Shown here in pieces: positions 1 to 13,074 of a stretch of 64,000 nucleotides of DNA. The DNA lies in assembly GCF_006345805.1 (NCBI RefSeq), contig NC_043003.1, positions 7,192,001 through 7,256,000 of the forward strand, given 5' to 3'. The stretch is from Octopus sinensis. Lineage: Eukaryota. Numbering within the stretch: the stretch's first letter is position 1; every line of letters starts with the position of its first letter. The notes beneath the pieces were generated by a model. It saw only the letters and a list, made by a program, of their open reading frames with translations, was not told the DNA's origin and made no database searches. The translations under genes were made by a program, and so were the position numbers.

Positions 1-339
1 CAAAAAAAAAAAAAAGAAAAAAAATGGAAGAAAGTAAAAAAAGAAAGAAAAGATAAGCATAAGGCCTCAAACTTGGTGACTGGGTTTAATCGATTGTAAC
101 GACCCCGGTACTTAACTTATCAAATCTACTGACCCTGGGAGAATGAAATACAAAGTTAACCTCGGTAGGATTCGAAATCAAAGTCGCAACTAAATTACGC
201 AAGGTTCTAACTGAACTATAACTTCAAATTCATACCTGTAATTAGCGGGGGAAGTTCGGTAAGGAAAGCCAAAGCTGCTATCTTCATTTCGGTTTTCCTG
301 CTCATTTGCACCTACAACCATGAATGTAGAGTAATGAGG

Positions 340-715
340 AGTGGAGGCGCAATGGCCCAGTGGTTAGGGCAGCGGACTCGCGGTCGTAGGATCGCGGTTT
401 CGATTCCCAGACTGAGTGTTTATTGAGCGAAAACGCCTAAAGCTCCACGAGGCTCCGGCAGGGGATGGTGGTGATCCCTGCTGTACTCTTTCACCACAAC
501 TTTCTCTCACTCTTGCTTCCTGTTTCTGTTGTACCTGTATTTCAAGGGGCCGGCCTTGTCACTCTCTGTGTCACGCTGAATATCCTCGAGAACTACGTTA
601 AGGGTGCACGTGTCTGTGGAGTGCTCAGCCACTTACACGTTAATTTCACAAGCAAGCTGTTCTGTTGATTCGGATCAACCGGAACCCTCGTCGTCGTAAC
701 CGACGGAGTGCTTCC
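340..715 (+). mobile_element. tRNA-derived SINE, family 1, with 23-bp target-site duplication
   Basis: A box TGGCCCAGTGG, B box GGTTTCGATTCC; ACCATGAATGTAGAGTAATGAGG at 317-339 and 716-738. Other copies at 14637, 25050, 46683, 54597, 55686 and 58520. Confidence 0.85.
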
Positions 716-749
716 ACCATGAATGTAGAGTAATGAGGGAAAAAGTAGG

Positions 750-1104
750 ATTACGAATACAAGGGGCCGAAACGGGATGTTTCTGCGAAGGATCTCTAGA
801 GTAACGTTACTCGTCAGGGTGCGCACAACTCGGAAATAAGGGAGTCTCTTCAGGTCGAGTTGCTACTTTTCATATTGAGAGGTCACAGCTCTGGTACTCT
901 TTTATTCTTTTACTTGTTTCAGTCATTTGACTGCGGCCATGCTGGAGTACAGCCTTTGATCGAACAAATATACCCCAGGACTTATTCTTTGTAAGCCTAG
1001 TACTTATTCTGTCGTTATCTTTTTGTCGAACCGCTAAGTTACGGGGACGTAAACACACCAACATCGGTTGTTAAGCGATGTTGGGGGTGAGGGTGGAACA
1101 AACA

Positions 1105-1142
<38 letters not shown>

Positions 1143-1385
1143 CGACGGGCTTCTTTCAGTTTCCGTCTACCAAATCCACTCACAAGGTTTTGGTCGGCTC
1201 GTGGCAATAGTAGAAGACACTTGCATAAGATGCCACGCAGTGGGACTGAACCCAGAACCATGTGGTTGGAAGCAAGCTTCTTACCACACAGCCACGCTGC
1301 GCCTATGTAAGAATGTCGCAGGAAAGAATCGTAAGATGGATTCTTCAAGCCAAGCTAATCGGCAGGAGACTTAGGCCTAGACCAG
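750..1385 (+). mobile_element. RTE-type LINE 3' fragment interrupted by a SINE
   Basis: FLRRISRVTLLVRVR before the SINE and WILQAKLIGRRLRPRP after it resemble RTE C-terminal motifs. Confidence 0.5.
868..1302 (-). mobile_element. SINE family 2 (tRNA-like head, CORE-like GGCACCTTGGGCAAGTG, internal microsatellite)
   Basis: Multi-copy sequence ending AAGAGTAAAAGAGTA, with a (CA)n/(TA)n insert at a fixed position. Confidence 0.85.
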
Positions 1386-1786
1386 TGGCTCCCGACCCTT
1401 TCACTATCATGGACCCCTTTTATTTAAATGAGTTTTCCCACGGACCCCTTTTAATATACTTATCCTTATATATATTTGAGGAGATTTGTAATAAGTATAA
1501 GAATATACCATAAACAAGTATGAAAAAACGGAGAAAAGATATTGAAAACGAATTAGATTTATTTAGTTTTCAACATATTTTCTTCATTTTTTTTACTTGT
1601 TTATGGTATATTCTTATACTTATAACAAATCTCCTTAAATATTATTTTAATATTCTTATTACCTATTTTGACTGTTTTTCATGAATACGATGAATCCTTA
1701 TTAGAAATCACCTTTTCTCTCATTTTGGATCCCCCCAAAAGTTTGAATTGTTCTTACTGAACTCACCTTTTCTCTCTTATATATAT

Positions 1787-3519
1787 ACTAGCAGTATAGC
1801 CCGGCTTTGCTCGGGATTAAGTTAGGATTATTAAGCTAATTAAGCTCTTTATTTCAAACCAAATTAAGTAACATCGACGTCAAATTTGAGTGAAATCCGT
1901 TGAAATTGGTAAACTTTTGGCTGAAATTTTGCAGAAAATTTGATTAGGAAATCCCATAAGGAATCGGTTTATTGATTTTTTCCACTCATCGATTGTTTTT
2001 TTTTTCGTTTTTGGAGAACTGAAAGCATTCAAAGATCCCACGAGTCCTAAGTAATGCTGGCTTCAAGTTTGAACAAAATACATCAAAATTGGTAGACGTT
2101 ATGGTTGAAAATGGGGTGTAGCCAATTTTAGTGGGAAGCTCTATAAGGAATCGGTTTATTGATTTTTTTTATCCTGATTAAATGGAAAACCCCATAAAGA
2201 ATCAGTTTATTGATTTTTCACACTAAATAGGACTTAACTGAACACAACATTGCTGATTCAAAAACATCTATATTTATACTTTAAAGTTGGTTTTCATACC
2301 CAACCCAGTTCTGCAGAATCAGTGTCGTTACGGGAGCGCATGAGTTGGGAGTTTGATCGGCAGAGGTGATCAGGTTGCATATGCCAACCCTTTTGACCCC
2401 CCCCCATCATGTAATCCCACTTTGCCCATGGGTTGATAACCCTTCCAGCAAGAAAATAGAACGCCGAAAAGGGCCCCCGATCCTCTGTGTGAGAAGCGGT
2501 TATGTTCAGATCACAACTAAGTATATATATATGGACAACACACACACACAAACATATACGTACATACACCTATTGCATACATGTTTTTGCACGCCTTTGC
2601 CCCTGCCACTGTCCCACCACCACCTCCTACCCGAGTAATACCATCAATTGAAGCAAATTTGGCATCCGGACGTAAGTTTTGTAACAGGAATAGAGAAACC
2701 TACCTTCTCCCGCAGAGATGTTAGTCAGATCTCTCCTTTCGAAAATATGAACAGTTTCGAAACATTGTTTACGAAATAATAGCTGATCGTTTGCGAAGGA
2801 GCGTGTCTACAGTCAACACGTAGGTCTTTTGCTCTGGTAACCTCTGTTCTCTCCCATGTTCACGCACGACCAGCTATATATCGCTATGAGTAGAGCAACG
2901 GATTCAGCTAATTTGGACATTAGTTGTGGAGAAACGGAGAATATCGTTTATATTGTGTGTATATCTATCTCTCTCTCTATATATATATATACGGGCAACA
3001 CACACACACATTGCATGCATGTGTTTTGTATGCATACATGCTCGTGTGTGTGTGTGTGTGTGTGTATGACTGAAGCCATTCACACATACAAACATACATA
3101 CATTCACACATGCATACATACATACATACATACATACATACATACATACATTTACACATACATACATACATACATACATACATACATACATACATACATA
3201 CATAACAACCCTTGTCTGTCAATCACTCACTAAAAAGAAATTTTAAAAATCTGTTATCTCTCTCTCTCTCTCTCCCCCTCCCTCCCTCTCTTTACATCGT
3301 CGCTAGAAGGGGACTTAACTCATGTTTGGTTTGTAAACACTGGCGGATTTCTCCGCCGTGAAAATTGTTAGCAGTTATGGCTCAAAATAATTCACCGCTA
3401 TTCGCGGGTGTCTCAGGGGAAAATAATTTGACGAAAATACAGCTAGAGTCGTGACGAATGTCCTCATAAAATTTGAGCGACATGCGTGCTAATTTGTGGA
3501 TGTGCATAAACTACATTCA

Positions 3520-3604
<85 letters not shown>

Positions 3605-3622
3605 CCTGCCTTATATATATAC
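1787..3622 (+). mobile_element. Non-autonomous Helitron/Helentron-like element with helicase C-terminal remnant
   Basis: ACTAGC...CCCGGCTTTGCTCGGG start; FTHDQLYIAMSRAT...NIVY (PIF1 motif VI) at about 2856-2951; microsatellite and TATATATA-type end. Confidence 0.6.
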
Positions 3623-4805
3623 AGTTTAACTGAAAAATAGCAATCTGTTGCTGGCTCATCACGACTGGAAAATAGTTGTGCTATATTCATGGCGACGAAA
3701 TCTGTTTTCTGTCTGCAAAAGGTTGGAGGTAAAGGAGAATGGAGAGGTCATGCGGCGGTTTCAACATTCTACGAGCAGCTGGCCCACATTCTGCGATTAC
3801 CGCCAAAACACCCCTTTATATAGAGCTCAATGAGAAAGTCCTAGAAGGTCGAATCACGTGATGGCTTTACGATGATTGGTCGGTTAACCGGCCGATCACA
3901 TAAAACAACAGTGGTCTCATCGCGGTGTTTGCTCGGCTATCAAGCGATTCGGTTTCGAATTCGCTATAGAATCATGAAAACACGTATAACATTCTAGAAG
4001 TATAGTTTGTAAGTGGATATACAGACGTATAGACATTCAAACAAATGTACATGTACTCACATATGAATCTGTAACAGGAAATATTGGCTGATTCCCGAAC
4101 ACCAACTCCCTTTGCCCAGTAATCAAGCCGGGGTCAGATGTAACGACGACCAAGGAACACGGACAGGATTCTTTCTATACAAACTGATTCACTTGGCTTA
4201 AATTCTTTTCAGTCGTTCGTCGTTATTAACAACTAGCACTATGACCCAGCAACGCCGGGTCATAGTGCTAGTGCATGCATATACAGCTGTGTGCGTGCGC
4301 ATATACACGCGAGTACTGCTCAAATCCCTGACCAATCACATACAGCTAGCTGGCATTCAATTGGTGTATCAAGTTTCAGGCTTTTTGATTGGGTTTTGGA
4401 TAGAAAATTCACAAAAAAGTCACTTCTATTGAATTTTTAATAGCTTTGCGGGGTGACTGGGGAAATGTAAAGATGTGCACGACCACCCTTGGACGGTTTT
4501 GAATGACCATAGAAAGTGCGAGCCCTCTAACTGAAACATTGTGGATTTGTATAAAGGACACACACACAGACAGACATTTTGCCGTTTATATATACAGAGA
4601 TATTGACAGGAACAGTTGAGGCTTCTGGATCTATAATAAATAAATCCCATTCTTCCAAGAACTTTGGTTCTCAACCAAGATCCATTTGGCCCTTGAAGGG
4701 TCCAGATAAGATTTTGTTGTTAAAATTTACGTGCAATAAATTCTATGCTACTACAATTCACAAAATATTTTAACAGTTTTTAAATACAATTCCTAAATAT
4801 TAATT

Positions 4806-5215
4806 ACTCTTTACTTTTTTACTCTTTTACTTGTTTCAGTCCTTTGACTGCGGCCATGCTGGAGCACCACCTTTAGTCGAGCAAATCAACTCCGGGACTT
4901 ATTCTTTGTAAGCCTAGTACTTACTCTATCGGTCTCTTTTTGCCGAACCGTTAAGTGACGGGAACATAAACACACCAGCATCGGTTGTTAAGCAATGCTA
5001 GGGAGACAGACACAAACAAACACACACACACATATATATATATATACATACATATATACGACAGGCTTCTTTCAGTTTCCGTCTACCAAATCCACTCACA
5101 AAGCATTGGTCGGCCCGGGGCTATAGCAGAAGACACTAACCCAAGATGCCACGCAGTGGGACTGAACCCGGAACCATGTGGTTGGTTAGCAAGCTACTTA
5201 CCACACAGCCACTCC
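4806..5215 (-). mobile_element. SINE family 2, nested in a hAT-like MITE (about 4655-5381)
   Basis: Family 2 consensus, flanked by GGTTCTCAACC...GGTTGAGAACCACTG ends. Confidence 0.8.
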
Positions 5216-5630
5216 AATTATATACAATTAAATACAATTAAATACAGTTTTTAAATACACTTCTTAATGATAATCATCAAAATACATTAGGATTCTTTAA
5301 GCATTGAACGGCTAGGAGGGCTCATCTCAGTACAATAGGAACCAAAGGGGCCCATGGGTAAAGAATGGTTGAGAACCACTGTACAAGAAGGATACACTTT
5401 TGCGTTGCCCCAGCATGGCCGTGTGGTAAGAAGCTTGCTTCCCAACCACATGGTTCTAGATTCAGTCCCACTGCGTGGCACTTTGAGCAAGCGTCTTTTA
5501 CTATAGCCTCGGACACACCGAAATCTTTGTGAATAGATTTAGTAGACGGAAACTGAAAGAAGCCCGTTGTTTCTTTCCTTCTTTCTTTCTTCTTTCTTTC
5601 TTCTTGCTTTCTTTCTTGCTTTCTCTATTA

Positions 5631-5690
<60 letters not shown>

Positions 5691-5711
5691 GAATATATAT
5701 AGATTTATATA

Positions 5712-5755
<44 letters not shown>

Positions 5756-5968
5756 CATATATATATATATAATTACCAAACGATTAGCAAATTTTTGTGG
5801 GAGAGGAATGAGTCGTTGTCATTCGTTATGGTGTGAGGCTAAAACACATGTAAACATACCACTGCTTGACCAGATGAAAAAACTTCCGCTTCTATTAAAA
5901 AATAAATCACCTCCTAGCAAAAGCAACTTCACATAAGATATGTGATTATATATATATATATATATACT

Positions 5969-6000
<32 letters not shown>

Positions 6001-6001
<1 letters not shown>

Positions 6002-6354
6002 CTATAATAAAGGCAGTTTGTCTGTGCGTGGTTCTGTGGTCTGTTTTCTCGTACCCTCACTCTGACCACGGCTTCAACCGATTCTGATGAAATTGACACA
6101 CACTACCAATGTCATAATCAAAAACTAACGCAGCGGAAAATTTTGAAAAGTTCCCCCGTTCTGAAAAGATCGATAAATTCGACATGGGGGTCGAAGAATC
6201 AGAACCAAACCACAGACAGTCTAGGGGACGCAACTCCACCTTTTTTAACTCTCAAAAAAAATTTACCATATTTTTTCCATTTTTTTGCTTAACTCATAAA
6301 AAATGCTTTATAGTTATTTCCCTTACAAAGAGCAACGCCGGGCGATACTGCTAG
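6001..6354 (+). mobile_element. Non-autonomous Helitron
   Basis: 5' TC, 3' GCAACGCCGGGCG-type subterminal motif then CTAG, inserted between A and T. Confidence 0.7.
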
Positions 6355-6403
6355 TATATATAAATTGATCAAAATAAAATAAAAACATGATGCGAAGGAT
6401 TCA

Positions 6404-6480
6404 GCGGTACATATGTTTCGGGCCTTTATTAGACAGATTAGAACAATGCATAATGTATGTCTGTGGCCTTCTTCAGCCGC
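6404..6480 (-). ncRNA. Type I minimal hammerhead ribozyme motif, family A
   Basis: GCGG-CUGAAGA-A GGCC...GGCC C-GAAA-CAUAU-GUA/CCGC; intact core, GUA cleavage triplet, palindromic helix III ACAUAUGU. Confidence 0.8.
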
Positions 6481-9400
6481 GCACCACAGCTTCCACAAGG
6501 ACATGTGTTACATCAAAAATTCTTGGTTGGGGATGCAAATCCTCTCATTCACGTACGACATAATGCGGCAGCAGCATAGAGTTGAAGCGTCCATCTCTTT
6601 CTTCTCTCAATGTAGAATGAGGAAAATTGGATGTTGAGGTAATGTAAATAAATAAATACATATATAGAGGTGAAGATGGAGGGGCGAGAGTTCGGGGACG
6701 AGGGATAAAAATGTATAAAAAGTGTAAGTATAGAATAATATAAAAATGTAGAGGATAAAGGGTTGTAAGTAGATGTAAAGGGGGTATAAAGAAATATAAA
6801 GTAAAAATAGAAATAGAAATAAAAGTAAAAAAACCTGATACAAACATGATAAAAGTGTAAAGAATGTAAAGATAAGGGATGTATAGAGGTTATGGACCAA
6901 GCATGGTGGTCAGGAGATGATAAAATTTAGTTGTAGAATTGTCAGTACATCAACAGTTTCGTCTGGGGACTTAATGCGTTGTAAATCAGAGCTGATGAGC
7001 ATTAATCTGGTTCCTTGAATTAAATGGACTTCTAGACATACATATCATCATGGATATATACACCCACATACACGCGTACATATACGCCTCCAAGCCTATA
7101 AGCATACACACGCACTCGCGTGTAAACACGTACATAAACACACACGCACCCACACGCACGCGCGTACACACACATACATACAACAGAATATCCGCATATA
7201 TACACGGACATTACGCGCGTACACGCTCACATGTATATACGCGCGCCCATCACTCCATACACACACGTATATGCCCACGCTCTAGGTCCAGGTATAAGAT
7301 ATTAAAGGATGTGTATAAAGAACGTATGTAAAGAATCCCGTACTCATGTCAATACACGCACGCACACACGGCTGTGTGTGTCCGTATGTGCGTGCACATA
7401 TACACTCATATACACACACAGAGACACACGCGCACATGGGTATAGCTATAAGATATCGAGTATGCATGTACATATATGCGCGTGCATATGTATGTATGCG
7501 TATACACACGTACGCGGACGCTCGTATATTCAAAAGGTGGATCCATAGGTAAGTAAATAAAACATATATAGAGGTGTAAAGCGATAAGTTAGGGGTAAGA
7601 ATGAGGGTAAGGGTAAAGATTAGAAATAAAAAATACAGTATAAAATAAGAAATACAATGTAATAGTTAGAAATGAAGTATAAGAATTATAAAAATTATAA
7701 GAGTTAAGGTAAGGGATGAAATGAAAATGAGAATAAATGGAAGTAGAATAAAAGTAAAAATAAAATTAAAAATAAAATAAAATAAATGGAAGTGGATAAA
7801 AGTAAAAAAAAAGTAAAAATAAAAATAAAAATAAAATAAGATAAAAATATAATTTGTAAAGTTTAACATGAGATGAAGGTGGTTGAAAGTTAGAGGTGTG
7901 TGTTAAACGTAGGGGCGGGGGGGGAACTGAAAATTGGAAGGGTGGAAGTGGAGTTGGCGGTGTGCGTTCAAATCTGAGTTAGAAATGTGAAGGGTATAGA
8001 TATAGGGGATTAAGGGACTACAAGGGAGGATATGGGTGTAGGAGAGAAATATTAGGGAAAAGAAGTCATTATGGAGACATTTGTATATATAGGGGAAAAT
8101 GCAGGAACCCTATATGCACGTACACACACCCACACAACACACCCCACACACGCATGTTACATATAGGGTTCCTGCATTTTCCCCTACTATACAAATTTGT
8201 CTCCCATATTGACTTCTTTCCCTAAATATTTCTTCCCTACACCATATCCTCCCTATGTAGTCTCTTAATCCCTATATCTATACCCCTTTCACATTTCTAA
8301 CTCAGATGTTGAACGCAAACGCCAAACTCCACTTCCCACCCTTCCAATTTTCGTTCCCCCGCCCGCCCCTACGTTTGAAACACACACCTCTAACTTTCAA
8401 CCACCTTCATCTCATGTTAAACTTTACAAAATTATATTTTTATCTTATTTTATTTTATTTTTATTTTACTTTTATTTTTACTTTTATCCTACTTCCATTT
8501 ATTTTTATTTTTATTTTTAATTTTATTTTTACTTTTATTCTACTTCCATTTATTCTCATTTTCATTTTCATCCCTTACCTTAACTCTTATAATTTTATAT
8601 TCTTATACTTCATTTCTAACTATTACATGGTTATTTCTTATTTTATATTGTATTTTTTATTTCTAATCTTTACCCTTACCCTCATTCTTACCCCTAACTT
8701 ATCGCTTTACACCTCTATATATGTTTATTTACTTACCTATGGATCCCCTTTTGAATATACGAGCGTCCGCGTACGTGTGTATACGCATACATACATGCAC
8801 GCGCATATATGTAACTGCATACTTCGATATCTTATAGCTATACCCATGTGCGCGTGTGTCTCTGTGTGTGTATATGAGTGTATATGTGCACGCACATACG
8901 GACACACAGCCGTGTGTGCGTGCGCGTATTGACATGAGTACGGGATTCTTTACATACGTTCTTATACACATCCTTTAATATCTTTATACCTGGCCTAGAG
9001 GCGTGGGGCATATACGTGTGTGTATGGAGTGATGGGCGCGCGTGTATATACATGTGAGCGTGTACGCGCGTAATGTCCGTGTATATATGCGGATATTCTG
9101 TTGTATGTATGTGTGTGTACCGCGCGTGCGTGGGTGCGTGTGTGTTATGTACGTATTTACACGCGAGCAGTGCGTTGGTATGCTTATAGGCTTGGAGGCG
9201 TATATGTACTCGTGTATGTGGGTGTATATATCCATGATGATATGTATGTACTAGAAGTCCATTTAATTCAAGGAACCAGATTAAATGCTCATCAGCTCTG
9301 ATTTACAACGCATTAAGTCCCCAGACGAAATGTTGATGTACTGACAATTCTACAACTAAATTTTATCAATCTCTGACCACCTCTTGGGTCCATAACCTCT

Positions 9401-9810
9401 ATACATCCCTTATCTTTACATTCTTTTACACTTTTATCATGGTTTTTATCAGGTTTTTTTTACTTTTATTTCTATTTCTATTTTTACTTTATATTTCTTT
9501 ATACCCCCTTTACCTCTACTTACAACCCTTTATCCTCTACATTTTTATATTATTCTATACTTACACTTTTATACATTTTTTATCCCTCGTCCCGAACTCT
9601 CGCCCCTCATCTTCACCTCTATATATGTATTTATTTATTTACATTACCTCAACATCCAATTTTCCTCATTCTACATTGAGAGAAGAAAGAGATGGAACGC
9701 TTCAACTCTATGCTGCGTCCGCATTATGTCGTACGTGTGAATGAGGGATTTGCATCCCAACCAGAGAATTTTTGATGTTGTAACACATGTCCTTGTGGAA
9801 GCTGTGGTGC

Positions 9811-9889
9811 GCGGCTGAAGAAGGCCACAGACATACATTATGCCATTGTTATAAATCTGTCTAATAAAGGCCCGAAACATATGTACCGC
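9811..9889 (+). ncRNA. Type I minimal hammerhead ribozyme motif, family A (mirror arm)
   Basis: gcgg CTGAAGA aggcc...ggccc GAAA catat GTA ccgc. Confidence 0.75.
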
Positions 9890-10008
9890 TGAATCTTCGC
9901 ATCATGTTTTTATTTTATTTTGATCAATTCACTCCACCACCTACACCACCAAACGGTATACACAGGTGCTTATAATATCAAGTACTCACCCCGAATTTCT
10001 ATATATAT

Positions 10009-10077
<69 letters not shown>

Positions 10078-10108
10078 TATAATAATACATATATATACAT
10101 ATATATAC

Positions 10109-10139
<31 letters not shown>

Positions 10140-10485
10140 GTTTCTTTATTAGCCACACAGGGCTGCACACAGACGGGACAGATTACAAAGTAGAGCTTTT
10201 CATTTTGGGGAGAAAAAAAAGTGGGGTAGGTTTTCAATCAAAAGGGATCGTAAAAAGGAAAGAAAAAAAGGGAAAGAAGTAAAAAAACGATCAATAGGGA
10301 TCGTGTATCACAGAAATGTCATGATGTAAAGTGTAAATGGCAAAGCAGATAAGGTTTATCCGTGAAAAGAAAAGCCTACGGAAAAGACCACGGTAACCTC
10401 GGTCAATAATGTTACATGTTACCACATTTGTTTGCAAGTAGGTAACCCTCTGTTTAAAATTTTTCCGGGTTCATAGGATTATGCT

Positions 10486-10516
<31 letters not shown>

Positions 10517-10997
10517 CATATTTGAGGGATGACCACTATGTGGACAACCCTTATGCTAGAAGTAGATCCGCTATGGTCCTACTACAGAGACGTGTACTCC
10601 TATGTAGTGACACAGAATGTGACAAGGCTGGCCCTTTTGAAATACAGGTACAACTCGTTTTTGTCAGCTGAGTGGACTGGAGCAACTTGAAATAAAGTGT
10701 CTTGCTCAAGGACACAACACGCAGCCCGGTCCGGGAATTGAACTCACGACCTTACAGTCGTGAGCCGAATGCCCCAACCAGTTGGCCATGTGTTTTCACA
10801 CACACATAGTCACAATGAGGATATTCAGTCCTCTTATAGGGATATTTTTATCCAAGACACACTGGTTTAATATATTGTATATTGAAGAGATATTTCTTCC
10901 ATAAATATATTATATAAAATATCGTAAAATATCAAACATTATTATCGAGTTAGAAGGCAGAGAGATCTAATGAATATAAATTAATTAATTAACATAT

Positions 10998-11103
10998 TCA
11001 CCTACAATTGTTTCATTTCTCAACCAAAATTAAAACTACAAAGCGTATATGAATATATAATTTTGTATTTAAAAATACCTTGGATGGGAAATCATCAGGG
11101 TGA
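10998..11103 (-). ncRNA. Type I minimal hammerhead ribozyme motif, family B
   Basis: UCACC-CUGAUGA-UUUCCCAUCC...GGUUGAGAAAU-GAAA-CAAUU-GUA/GGUGA; 5-bp helix I, palindrome ACAAUUGU; helix II is out of register by one nt. Confidence 0.7.
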
Positions 11104-11186
11104 CCAAATGTTAATTAATTAATAAATTAATTTGTATCCATTATATCTCTCTGTTTTCAAACTTAATAATATAATAATAATAATAA

Positions 11187-11237
<51 letters not shown>

Positions 11238-11680
11238 TCTGCTCAATACCACAGATTTGCTTGTCAGTTGTTTGACCTTAACCAGTTGAGCATGTCCCTT
11301 AGTGGCTGACGATATGTGCATCTCTGATCACGAGCAGAAGTAGTGGGGGAGCATCATAGCCATGTGTTGACAGGGATTATTTGGGGTTTGAATAATTCAC
11401 CTCTGGAAACATGGTTGTTTCGTTCAACATTCTTAAACAACCCTTATTCAGGGACCTTTTGAGCGGGATGGGTTACTCGACCAGAAGAAAATTCTAACTG
11501 GGCCCCCACCTGCAAGGTCATGTGCTGTTTATCTTGATATGAGATCACCATGTCATGCACATATGGTTGTGATGCATGTGCCTAGTGTACCCTTATCAGA
11601 CGGGTAGTCATGATGGGTATACTGGGCTTCGTATATTTTACACCAGTGTCACTTTGATGGCATGCACTGCTCTCTCACTC

Positions 11681-11747
<67 letters not shown>

Positions 11748-11763
11748 ATACATACATACATAC

Positions 11764-11823
<60 letters not shown>

Positions 11824-12300
11824 GTGTGTGTGTGTGTATATATATACATATATCTATATACATATATACATATATACATATACACACACACACATATATA
11901 ATACAAATAAGAAAATGGAGAAACAAATATAGTTTGTTCATCAACTTACGGATATTATAATGTTAGATTATTTATTCATTTTACAAATGAGAACATCAAA
12001 AGCATACAAAAATATTATATAAGTCAATAGATAAGATAATAATACAAATACAGATTTTAAAAGTCATAGTATAAATTAATGGAATCCTAAAATTACTTCT
12101 TACAGCTGTTTCAGGCTATGGTCAAAAGTGAATCTAATTTCATGCCTATAAACATTTGTGTATTAAGAATTTGGGTACTTTACCAACAGTAATGGATAAA
12201 TGATATCCACCATAGTGGGTTACACCCATAGCCCCTATCTTACTTTGTACTATATATATATATAATATATATATATATATATAATATATATATATACATA

Positions 12301-12748
12301 GGCGCAGGAGTGGCTGTGTGGTAAGTAGCTTGCTAACCAACCACATGGTTCCGGGTACAGTCCCACTGCGTGGCATCTTGGGCAAGTGTCTTCTGCTATA
12401 GCCCCGGGCCGACCAATGCCTTGTGAGTGGATTTGGTAGACGGAAACTGAAAGAAGCCTGTCGTATATATGTATATATATATGTGTGTGTGTATGTGTGT
12501 ATGTGTATGTATTTGTGTGTCTGTGTTTGTCCCCCTAGCATTACTTGACAACCGATCTTGACAACCGATGCTGGTGTGTTTACGTCCCCGTCACTTAGCG
12601 GTTCGGCAAAAGAGACCGATAGAATAAGTACTGGGCTTACAAACAATAAGTCCCGGGGTCGATTTGCTCGACTAAAGGCGGTGCTCCAGCATGGTCGCAA
12701 TCAAATGACTGAAATGACTGAAACAAGTAAAAGAGTAAAAGAGTATAT
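12301..12748 (+). mobile_element. SINE family 2, full length
   Basis: GCAGGAGTGGCTGTGTGGTAAG head through AAGAGTAAAAGAGTA tail. Confidence 0.85.
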
Positions 12749-13074
12749 ATTAAATTTAAATTACGATGAACGTAAACAAACGAACGAAGTTTGCTTTAGA
12801 AGCGTTGAGATGTCTTAGAAAGTTCAAGAAATGATTTTAAATTCTCAAACGCAGGATAATTCTAATAATATAGCCTGAACAGGATAAGGTACCCCTATTT
12901 TTGCAGAAAAAGGTGTTGGCGGCCGGCTATGAGATTCGAACTCACACCTCCATCTATACTACCCACATACACAGACATTCACACGCACCCCTCCCCACAC
13001 ATGCATGCACATACACGCATACACGTGCACATGCACGCTTGTGTATATATATGTGTGCATATGCGTATGCACAT

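Larger units (their letters stand above)
6363..9929. repeat. Large inverted repeat (arms about 1.75 kb, spacer 8117-8159)
   Basis: 6363-8116 is the reverse complement of 8160-9929, with many single-base indels. Confidence 0.9.

Noticed and set aside
340-415. tRNA gene
   Set aside because: A and B boxes are present, but there is no closed cloverleaf and the sequence continues into a multi-copy SINE body.
765-822. Hammerhead candidate CUGACGA...GAAA (minus)
   Set aside because: Helix II does not abut GAAA, helix I cannot form, and it lies in RTE coding remnant.
6980-7040. CTGATGAG hammerhead candidate (mirror near 9288)
   Set aside because: No downstream GAAA or helix III.
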